A program made the position numbers and the translations under genes. Below are positions 40,339-48,294 of a stretch of DNA of 64,000 nt, in pieces. The stretch is from Candidatus Kapaibacterium sp. (GTDB lineage: Bacteria > Bacteroidota > Ignavibacteria > Kapaibacteriales > UBA2268): the NCBI GenBank assembly GCA_963664875.1, contig OY761611.1, positions 1,856,001 through 1,920,000 of the forward strand, written 5' to 3'. The notes beneath the pieces are model-generated. The model was not told the origin of the DNA, did no database searches, and saw nothing but the letters and a program-made list of their open reading frames with translations. The number at the start of each line of letters is the position of its first letter. Position 1 is the first letter of the stretch.

Positions 40339-41115
40339 TTGCGAAAAAAGAATTTGGATAAAAATACGAAAATATGGCAAGAACTAACAGCCGGAAAAAC
40401 AATTATTGCCGGCCCGTGTTCTGTAGAAAATAAAGAGCAGATTTCACTACTTGGCGATTTGATTGCCGATATGGGACTTAGATTCTTGCGCGGTGGCTCT
40501 TATAAACCTCGTACCAATCCCACTTCTTTTCAGGGATTGGGAGCTGAGGCTGTGCAGCTTTTACGGGAAGTAGCGGACAGACACAATCTTTTTACCGTGA
40601 CTGAAGTGCTTGACACAGAACAGCTCGTAGAACATTACGACAAAATTGACATGATACAAATCGGCAGCAGAAACATGGCTTCTTACGGCTTTTTGAAGCA
40701 CGTTGGGAACATGACTGCCAAAGATAACAAACCTGTATTGCTAAAAAGAGGATTCGCTTCTACATTGAACGAACTTGTAATGGCAGCCGAATATATCAGA
40801 AATGCCGGCAATCCGAATGTTGTGCTGTGCCTTAGAGGTATCCGTACATTCGAGCAGGTTGACTCACTTTTCCGTTTTACACCTGATTTGGGTTCTATCA
40901 TCGAGCTAAAAGCAATGACAGATATGCCTGTCTATTTTGACCCGTCTCACGCAGCCGGGAAAGCAGAATACGTGCCTGCGCTCGCAAAAGCCGCCTTGGC
41001 AATGGGAGCAGACGGTCTGATGATAGAAACGCACCACGAGCCACAATGCGCTCTTAGCGACGGCATGCAATCTATTTTACCCGAGGTTTTGAGAGAGATT
41101 GTAGAGGGGATTTAG
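40339..41115 (+). CDS. aroF: DAHP synthase type I-beta (catalytic barrel only)
   Basis: IAGPCSVE, KPRT, QIGSRNM, LLKRG, RGIRTFE, DPSH, SDG. Confidence 0.88.
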   Translation: MRKKNLDKNTKIWQELTAGKTIIAGPCSVENKEQISLLGDLIADMGLRFLRGGSYKPRTNPTSFQGLGAEAVQLLREVADRHNLFTVTEVLDTEQLVEHYDKIDMIQIGSRNMASYGFLKHVGNMTAKDNKPVLLKRGFASTLNELVMAAEYIRNAGNPNVVLCLRGIRTFEQVDSLFRFTPDLGSIIELKAMTDMPVYFDPSHAAGKAEYVPALAKAALAMGADGLMIETHHEPQCALSDGMQSILPEVLREIVEGI

Positions 41116-41168
41116 ATTTTTTTAGAATTATTTTTTAGTTGTTGCAACATTCATCTGTCGAAGAATTG

Positions 41169-41345
41169 CTATTCGATATTATTGAGACATATTATGTCAG
41201 TATTCGAGTAATCTTCTGCATCAAGAACTAAATCCTCATTTTTGTACATCATAGTAACTTTTTCAATAGCTTCTTCACTACTATCAGCTTCGATTTCTAC
41301 TACCCGAGATAGTACTTCTCTTACTACGATTTCATAAGTTTTCAT
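41169..41345 (-). CDS. DpnD/PcfM-like small protein
   Basis: MKTYEIVVREVLSRVVEIEADSSEEAIEKV..MY..EDLVLDAED pattern; overlaps the end of the DpnI gene by 14 nt. Confidence 0.75.
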   Translation of the reverse strand: MKTYEIVVREVLSRVVEIEADSSEEAIEKVTMMYKNEDLVLDAEDYSNTDIICLNNIE

Positions 41346-42117
41346 TTTGAACCTTTTTGTAATTCCCATTACCTAAAAACTCAATTATACCTTGATCTCT
41401 TAAATATTGTAATTGCTGTCTTATTTTATCTTTGACGAAGTTATTATTTGGGTATTTCTTTTTAAGTTCTGTTTCAAATTTATACATCTCTTGAAGATTG
41501 AAAATATCTTTGGGAATTTGGTCTAAGCACTTCATTATATCAAGAAGCCAGCCACGCCTCTCGTGTTTGGTTTTTCTTAAAAATAAAGTATTTTGCCAAT
41601 GATTTATAACTCTTTCTTTTAATGTAGAAATTCCATTCTGAATGAGATATATTTTACCGTGATTTGGTATCTGAGCTAAGCTAATATTACACCCTATCCA
41701 ACCTGCTCGACGAGCAGTTGACGGTAATGGATTCCTTTTTTCTATCATGTTTTCAGTCATGAAGTGCTTCGGGACTAACATAAAGTTGGTAACTTTACTG
41801 TTCCGTTTGTCATAAGTCAGAAAGAAAAAGTTTGGGTTGTTATCAGCTTGAATCCTATCAATCATAGTGGAAAATGCACCATCTGCAATTTTGGAACCGA
41901 AACTAATTGCATTTTTACTTTTTAGTTCAAATTCTTCTCTACAATTATGACACGCAAAATCTGCAACTGGGCTATTATTGGGCATTGCGTTTAAGCTTTC
42001 CGCTCCACAAACTGGACAATAACTATTTCTTTTAACCCAGTCTTCAGTCAATACTCTTGCTTTTTGTGAGTTGCTCTTATAATTCTCTGCTACTGATAAA
42101 TCAAAATATATGTTCAT
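41332..42117 (-). CDS. DpnI/Dam-replacing family methyl-directed (Gm6ATC) restriction endonuclease
   Basis: SQKARVLTEDW, CPVC..CHNC Zn site, EFELKSK, ARRAGWIGCNI, winged helix KIRQQLQYLRD. Confidence 0.92.
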   Translation of the reverse strand: MNIYFDLSVAENYKSNSQKARVLTEDWVKRNSYCPVCGAESLNAMPNNSPVADFACHNCREEFELKSKNAISFGSKIADGAFSTMIDRIQADNNPNFFFLTYDKRNSKVTNFMLVPKHFMTENMIEKRNPLPSTARRAGWIGCNISLAQIPNHGKIYLIQNGISTLKERVINHWQNTLFLRKTKHERRGWLLDIMKCLDQIPKDIFNLQEMYKFETELKKKYPNNNFVKDKIRQQLQYLRDQGIIEFLGNGNYKKVQNENL

Positions 42118-42287
42118 ATTACACTATTCTGTTAAGCTAATTTTTCAATATACAATTTTATCTTTAAGATAGACATAGATATTCATGCTGTTGAAAATTT
42201 TTAAAAGTAGCAGAACTACTTTTTGATTTGACCCAACCTAAAATTATCTGAAGAAACTGCTCACTTTCCAATTACAAATCAAATTTT

Positions 42288-42321
42288 AAAAAAAACGCAC
42301 CCCAAATCTGAGATGCGTCTT
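42288..42321 (-). terminator. Terminator of VIT-vWA copy 1 (homologues at 45276-45309 and 48249-48280)
   Basis: GACGCATCTC-agattt-GGGGTGCGTT plus a T-tract on the minus strand. Confidence 0.8.
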
Positions 42322-42333
42322 CTTTTTCGCCAT

Positions 42334-45159
42334 TTATTTAGTTTTGCCGACTACTCCTTTAAGCCTAATGAAGTATTTGATATACTTATTCAAAGTTGTT
42401 TTTCCAAGATTGAGTTCGGAGTTAAAACTGATATAATGCATACAAAACTCATCTTTCGGAATTTCTACTTTACCATCAGCATTTTTTCTGAATGGATTAG
42501 TTTGGTTCATCACATTATCAATAGCGCCTTTGGTAAGCCGTGTTCCTTTCTCATCCCAGATCTCGAAGTAGAGTGTATAATTTTCTCCCTCTGGAACAAG
42601 TTTCATATTATCTGTTTTTTCTTTCCAAAGATTACCATGTTGGTATGTTTGGTAATTTTTGCCACCTAATTCAAATTTTCCAGAGGGAATAATAGTAAAT
42701 TTTGAGTTATATATACTATTTGGCTTCAATTCTCCCATTGATGTTCCTATAGCTTCAATCATTTCTTTTAGAAAATCAGAACTACTATATTCAGACTTAA
42801 TATCTTGGGCCTCCAACTCTATCGCAAAAATATTACTATTGTTGTCAGTCATAATTGAAACAGAAATATCTTTAAACAAAAATGCCTTTTGTTTTATATA
42901 CTTTGCAATTACATTATCAATATTGTCTCTGCGTTTCAAAACGAAATTGTCATATCGATAATTAACTTGGAATAAAGTAAATTCAAATATATCTCCATCT
43001 TGGAATGACTTGTCTAATTGACCATTTTTTATAGGAAATAAATGGAATCTTTGATTACTATTAATCTTATAGCAAATAGTATCTATATATTTTACGGAAT
43101 CTCTTATCCACTTTAAGTCTGACTCGTATGGCCAGTTCTCTGTGCTATATGGTCGTCTGCTAGGAGTCAACGCACTTAAGCTATACTCAACGTCTTCTCT
43201 ACCAAGCTCATACACTACATCCTCTGAAACATTATCTTTACTTACAAAGTCTTCTATATCGACTTCTTCAATGTCCTTATTTGCATTGGCTTCTTCCGGT
43301 ATTTCTGCATCTACAGCTACAAAGGAAGTGTGGTTTGTCATGAGGTGATATTTCAAACCAAGATTGATGATTTCCTCTTTGTTTCGGTCTCTGTTGTTAT
43401 AAGAATTTTCGCCGGGAAAGTCCTGGATAGTTTGCAATTTTCTTCTCGCCCAGAGGTACTTGAGTACTTTAGTGGTGTCAAGTTCTGCAAAGCGTTCCAC
43501 TTGGAAATATGTTTTCATTTCCTGCTTGCCGTTTAAGCCTGAAACACGAACAATTCCGGATGGATGCCCTTTGTATTTACCGCTAATAATAATTGGTCTT
43601 TGAGCAAATACGTCAGGAATTTTCTCAGGTACTAAGTCATAAGCATCAAAGCCTTCAAACTCGATTTTTATATCTGTCATTATAGGCGAATCGATATATT
43701 CTTTAAACTTTTTAGCTTCGCTTAGAGCTTCGTCCATGTCAGTGATAATAAATGGTTCACTCATAGAAATATTTGCAAGCCCTTCTATGATGTAACGATT
43801 GACAGAAGTACCGATACCAAACGGGAATATATTGCCTTTATCTAATTTTTGCGAAACGTATTCAATCACCTCAAGATCCGCTGTAATGAAGCCGTCAGTT
43901 ATCAAAATCACGGAACGTGAATAGCCGTCTGTTTTTGGCAAGTCCATAGCTCTTTTGAGAGCAGGAAGGAGCTGTGTTCCGCCACCACCTCTTTCATTAG
44001 AAAGGAAATCAAAGCCTTCTTGGAGGTTATCTAATGTTGCAGGCATAGACTTATCAGATAAAACTTCATTGCTACCTGCGAACTTGATTACATTAAACAT
44101 ATCAGTTTCGTTTGTGCCTTCAAGAAGATTACCGTATAGCTCGATTGCTGTCTGAATTGGCTTCCCGTTCATAGAACCGGAAACATCCACAACAAACACA
44201 TATTCTCTCGGCAAAATCTCTTCTGCCGGCACACGGCGAGGTGCTTGAAGCATAAGTAGGAAGAAGTTTTCTTCTTCGCCTTCGTGAATCATTAGTCCGG
44301 TCTCTACTTTTTGACTTTCCATCTCGTAATTGAGAATAAAGTCTCTGTTCAGCTCAGTTTCGTTATTTAAACGAATAGTAGTTTTGCCGTCTTTTTTCTC
44401 AGTTGCAACATTGTGTGATTTGCACGATACTTTTGCAATATCGAAAATAGAAGATATACTAACATTTATATCAAAGTCGATTTTCTTGTTCGCATACATA
44501 TTCTCATATAACTTATATTCACCTCGTTCTCCGACTTCCTCAAACACATTCTGATATCTTTTACCAATTTTTGTTGGCAGCACAAAACTATAGACATAAT
44601 CTTTGTATTGGATTATCTCAGAGTATTCCACAACAACCTGAATAGTATCACCGGGATAAATATTTGCAACTTCAGTAGTAAATATATTTGGTTTTACCTG
44701 AGAGAGGAGTGAGGCACGCTTGCCTTCAGACTTCGCTTTTTCAAAAGTCTCCTTTGCTTCCTGCTTTTCCTGAATCTGAGCATAAATGATTCTATCTTTT
44801 ATTTTCATCATCATGCCATGCACCGCAGCCTGAGTTGAACCCGGGAAGCGGTAAATAGCATCAATCTTTTCTTTGGAAGTATTGACAAAAGTCTGAGTCA
44901 GCTTAACACTTGCAATGTTTCCAACTATGTCAACATCTGCCTTATAAGCTTTGAGAGGAAATTCTATTGTTTCCCGGTCGATTGTGTAGTACATAATAGG
45001 CATAGATACATCTTCATCATTGTATCCATAATATCCGCCACCATAATAACTTGGAGCTGGTGGGCTACTCACAGCCTCATTTTCTCTTATCTCGAAAAAT
45101 AACACTGCCGCTGTCAAAACAAAAAACGCAATCAAAAAATTCTTCATTAACTTCTCCAT
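42334..45159 (-). CDS. Secreted VIT + vWA domain protein, copy 1
   Basis: Signal peptide; VIT region (VKLTQTFVN..YRFP..ASLLSQ..NIF..VANI); vWA MIDAS DVSGS, GGGGT, LITDG, FGIG. Confidence 0.92.
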   Translation of the reverse strand: MEKLMKNFLIAFFVLTAAVLFFEIRENEAVSSPPAPSYYGGGYYGYNDEDVSMPIMYYTIDRETIEFPLKAYKADVDIVGNIASVKLTQTFVNTSKEKIDAIYRFPGSTQAAVHGMMMKIKDRIIYAQIQEKQEAKETFEKAKSEGKRASLLSQVKPNIFTTEVANIYPGDTIQVVVEYSEIIQYKDYVYSFVLPTKIGKRYQNVFEEVGERGEYKLYENMYANKKIDFDINVSISSIFDIAKVSCKSHNVATEKKDGKTTIRLNNETELNRDFILNYEMESQKVETGLMIHEGEEENFFLLMLQAPRRVPAEEILPREYVFVVDVSGSMNGKPIQTAIELYGNLLEGTNETDMFNVIKFAGSNEVLSDKSMPATLDNLQEGFDFLSNERGGGGTQLLPALKRAMDLPKTDGYSRSVILITDGFITADLEVIEYVSQKLDKGNIFPFGIGTSVNRYIIEGLANISMSEPFIITDMDEALSEAKKFKEYIDSPIMTDIKIEFEGFDAYDLVPEKIPDVFAQRPIIISGKYKGHPSGIVRVSGLNGKQEMKTYFQVERFAELDTTKVLKYLWARRKLQTIQDFPGENSYNNRDRNKEEIINLGLKYHLMTNHTSFVAVDAEIPEEANANKDIEEVDIEDFVSKDNVSEDVVYELGREDVEYSLSALTPSRRPYSTENWPYESDLKWIRDSVKYIDTICYKINSNQRFHLFPIKNGQLDKSFQDGDIFEFTLFQVNYRYDNFVLKRRDNIDNVIAKYIKQKAFLFKDISVSIMTDNNSNIFAIELEAQDIKSEYSSSDFLKEMIEAIGTSMGELKPNSIYNSKFTIIPSGKFELGGKNYQTYQHGNLWKEKTDNMKLVPEGENYTLYFEIWDEKGTRLTKGAIDNVMNQTNPFRKNADGKVEIPKDEFCMHYISFNSELNLGKTTLNKYIKYFIRLKGVVGKTK

Positions 45160-45224
45160 ACTTACCTCTCTCGAGATATTTTATAATAAGTTTTCAAAAT
45201 CAAGTGTTGGATTGAGGCTTGTGT

Positions 45225-45254
45225 TTTATACAACTAAGGACATCCATCTTTCAA
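45225..45254 (-). promoter_or_regulatory. Putative sigma70 promoter of VIT-vWA copy 1 (homologue at 48197-48226)
   Basis: TTGAAA-N18-TATAAA conserved in both duplicated units; GAGAGG SD before the ATG. Confidence 0.45.
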
Positions 45255-45257
45255 TTT

Positions 45258-48230
45258 AATTACAAATCAAATTTTAAAAAAAACGCACCCCAAATTTGAG
45301 ATGCGTCTTCTTTTTCGCCATTTATTTAGTTTTGCCGACTACTCCTTTAAGCCTAATGAAGTATTTGATATACTTATTCAAAGTTGTTTTTCCAAGATTG
45401 AGTTCGGAGTTAAAACTGATATAATGCATACAAAACTCATCTTTCGGAATTTCTACTTTACCATCAGCATTTTTGATAAACGGATTAGTTTGGTTCATCA
45501 CATTATCAATAGCCCCTTTGGCAAGCTGCCTTCCTTCCTCATCCCATATCTCGAAGTAGAGTGTGTAATTTTCTCTCTCTGGAATAAGTTTCATATTATC
45601 TGTGTTTTCTTTCCAAAGATTACCATGTTGGTATGTTTGGTAATTTTTGCCAAAAAATTGAAACTTGCCGGATGGCTCTATTTTGAAGGTTAATGGATAA
45701 ATTGTATTAGGTTTTGTATCCTTTAATTCTTTCGCTATTGTTCTAATTAGATCATCTACAAGATTAGACAAATTCTTAGCATTAATAAATTTATCTTTTG
45801 CGATTTTGATTGCATAAAACTGATTGTTTTCGTCAATAACTATTTCCATATTGTAAATGGATTCTACGAAAGTGTACTTCCCAAATTCGTCTGTTAAGCG
45901 CTTAACGATAGAGTTTCTATCCTTCAAGATTTCAGTTTCTATGTCGTAATTTGGCTGTCTAATTAGTTTTCTTGATGTATCATTCATAGTATTAGGTTTG
46001 TCCGACACACTGTTTCTAACTATGAAAAGTGAATCAGGATAAGCTCCTTCATTATACATTTTACTTTCAAAATCAACATTATAAGCACACCCCAACACTT
46101 CCCTTAGATTGACTCCCGGAGCTGCTGCACTACTCATTACATCCATACAAGCAAACTCTTGAAGTTTCTCTCTTCCAAGCTCATACACTACATCCTCTGA
46201 ACTATTACCTGTACTTACAAAGTCTTCTATATCGACTTCATCAATGTCCTTATTTGCATTGGCTTCTTCCGGTATTTCTGCATCTACAGCCACAAAAGAA
46301 GTGTGGTTTGTCATGAGGTGATATTTCAAACCAAGATTGATGATTTCCTCTTTGTTTCGGTCTCTGTTGTTATAAGAATTTTCGCCGGGAAAGTCCTGGA
46401 TAGTTTGCAATTTTCTTCTCGCCCAGAGGTACTTGAGTACTTTAGTGGTGTCAAGTTCTGCAAAGCGTTCCACTTGAAAATATGTTTTCATTTCCTGCTT
46501 GCCGTTTGAGCCTGAAACACGAACAATTCCGGATGGATGCCCCTTGTATTTACCGCTAATAATAATTGGTCTTTGAGCAAATACGTCAGGAATTTTCTCA
46601 GGTACTAAGTCATAAGCTTCAAAGTTTTCAAACTCTATCTTAATATCTGTCATCAACGGTGAATCGATATATTCTTTAAACTTTTTGGCTTCACTCAGAG
46701 CTTCGTCCATGTCCGTGATTATAAATGGTTCACTCATAGAAATATTTGCAAGACCTTCTATGATGTAACGATTGACAGAAGTCCCAATGCCAAACGGAAA
46801 TATATTGCCTTTATCTAAGTTTTGCGAAACGTATTCAATCACCTCAAGATCCGCTGTGATAAAGCCGTCAGTTATCAAAATCACGGAACGTGAATAGCCG
46901 TCTGTTTTTGGCAAGTCCATAGCTCTTTTGAGAGCAGGAAGGAGCTCTGTTCCGCCACCACCTCTTTCATTAGAAAGGAAATCAAAGCCTTCTTGGAGGT
47001 TATCTTTTGTTGCAGGCATAGACTTATCAGCTAATACTTCATTGCTACCTGCGAATTTGATTACATTGAACATATCAGTTTCGTTTGTACCTTCAAGAAG
47101 ATTGCCGTATAGCTCGATTGCTGTCTGAATTGGCTTCCCGTTCATAGAACCGGAAACATCCACAACAAACACATATTCTCTTGGCAAAATCTCTTCGGCA
47201 GGCACACGGCGAGGCGCTTGAAGCATAAGAAGGAAGAAGTTTTCTTCTTCGCCTTCGTGAATAATTAGTCCGGTCTCTACTTTTTGACTTTCCATCTCGT
47301 AATTGAGAATAAAGTCTCTGTCCAGCTCAGTTTCTTCATTTAATCTAATAATAGTTTTGCCGTCTTTTTTCTCTGTTATAACATTATGTGATTTGCACGA
47401 TGCTTTTGCAATATCGAAGATAGAAGAAATGCTGACATTTATATCAAAGTCGATTTTCTTGTTCGCATACATATTCTCATATAACTTATATTCACCTCTT
47501 TCTCCGACTTCCTCAAACACATTCTGATATCTTTTACCAATTTTTGTTGGCAGCACAAAGCTATAAACATAATCTTTGTATTGGATTATCTCAGAGTATT
47601 CCACAACAACCTGAATAGTATCACCGGGATAGATATTTGCTACTTCAGTAGTAAAGATATTTGGTTTTACCTGAGAGAGGAGTGAGGCACGCTTGCCTTC
47701 AGACTTCGCTTTTTCAAAAGTCTCTTTTGCCTCCTGCTTTTCCTGAATCTGAGCATATATGATTCTATCTTTTATTTTCATCATCATGCCATGCACAGCA
47801 GCCTGAGTTGAGCCCGGGAAGCGGTAAATAGCATCAATCTTTTCTTTGGAAGTATTGACAAAAGTCTGAGTCAGCTTAACACTTGCAATGTTTCCAACTA
47901 TGTCAACATCTGCCTTATAAGCTTTGAGAGGAAATTCTATTGTTTCCCTGTCGATTGTGTAATACATAATAGGCATAGATACATCTTCATCATTGTATCC
48001 ATAATATCCACCACCATAATAACTTGGTGCTGGGGGGCTACTCACAGCCTCATTTTCTCTTATCTCGAAAAATAACACTGCCGCTGTAAAAACAAAAAAT
48101 GCAATCAAAAAATTCTTCATTAACTTCTCCATACTTACCTCTCTCGAGATATTTTATAATATGTTTTAGATTCAAGTGTGGGAGTGAGGCTTGTGTTTTA
48201 TACAACTAAGCACATCTATCTTTCAATTTA
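45258..48230. repeat. Tandem duplication unit 2
   Basis: Direct repeat of 42270-45257 except for the internal segment 45652-46167. Confidence 0.95.
45322..48132 (-). CDS. Secreted VIT + vWA domain protein, copy 2
   Basis: Same architecture as copy 1, MIDAS intact. Confidence 0.92.
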   Translation of the reverse strand: MEKLMKNFLIAFFVFTAAVLFFEIRENEAVSSPPAPSYYGGGYYGYNDEDVSMPIMYYTIDRETIEFPLKAYKADVDIVGNIASVKLTQTFVNTSKEKIDAIYRFPGSTQAAVHGMMMKIKDRIIYAQIQEKQEAKETFEKAKSEGKRASLLSQVKPNIFTTEVANIYPGDTIQVVVEYSEIIQYKDYVYSFVLPTKIGKRYQNVFEEVGERGEYKLYENMYANKKIDFDINVSISSIFDIAKASCKSHNVITEKKDGKTIIRLNEETELDRDFILNYEMESQKVETGLIIHEGEEENFFLLMLQAPRRVPAEEILPREYVFVVDVSGSMNGKPIQTAIELYGNLLEGTNETDMFNVIKFAGSNEVLADKSMPATKDNLQEGFDFLSNERGGGGTELLPALKRAMDLPKTDGYSRSVILITDGFITADLEVIEYVSQNLDKGNIFPFGIGTSVNRYIIEGLANISMSEPFIITDMDEALSEAKKFKEYIDSPLMTDIKIEFENFEAYDLVPEKIPDVFAQRPIIISGKYKGHPSGIVRVSGSNGKQEMKTYFQVERFAELDTTKVLKYLWARRKLQTIQDFPGENSYNNRDRNKEEIINLGLKYHLMTNHTSFVAVDAEIPEEANANKDIDEVDIEDFVSTGNSSEDVVYELGREKLQEFACMDVMSSAAAPGVNLREVLGCAYNVDFESKMYNEGAYPDSLFIVRNSVSDKPNTMNDTSRKLIRQPNYDIETEILKDRNSIVKRLTDEFGKYTFVESIYNMEIVIDENNQFYAIKIAKDKFINAKNLSNLVDDLIRTIAKELKDTKPNTIYPLTFKIEPSGKFQFFGKNYQTYQHGNLWKENTDNMKLIPERENYTLYFEIWDEEGRQLAKGAIDNVMNQTNPFIKNADGKVEIPKDEFCMHYISFNSELNLGKTTLNKYIKYFIRLKGVVGKTK

Positions 48231-48294
48231 ATGACAAATTATACAAAGAAAACGCACCCCATGCTATGAGAATGCGTCTTCTCGGTTTACTTAT

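Larger units (their letters stand above)
42270..45257. repeat. Tandem duplication unit 1 (terminator + VIT-vWA gene + promoter)
   Basis: Near-identical to 45258-48230, with offset 2988 bp at the gene 3' end and 2973 bp at the 5' end. Confidence 0.95.

Noticed and set aside
42313-45693. Repeated plus-strand ORFs beginning MRLLFRHLFSF
   Set aside because: Antisense shadows repeated only because the underlying VIT-vWA genes are duplicated
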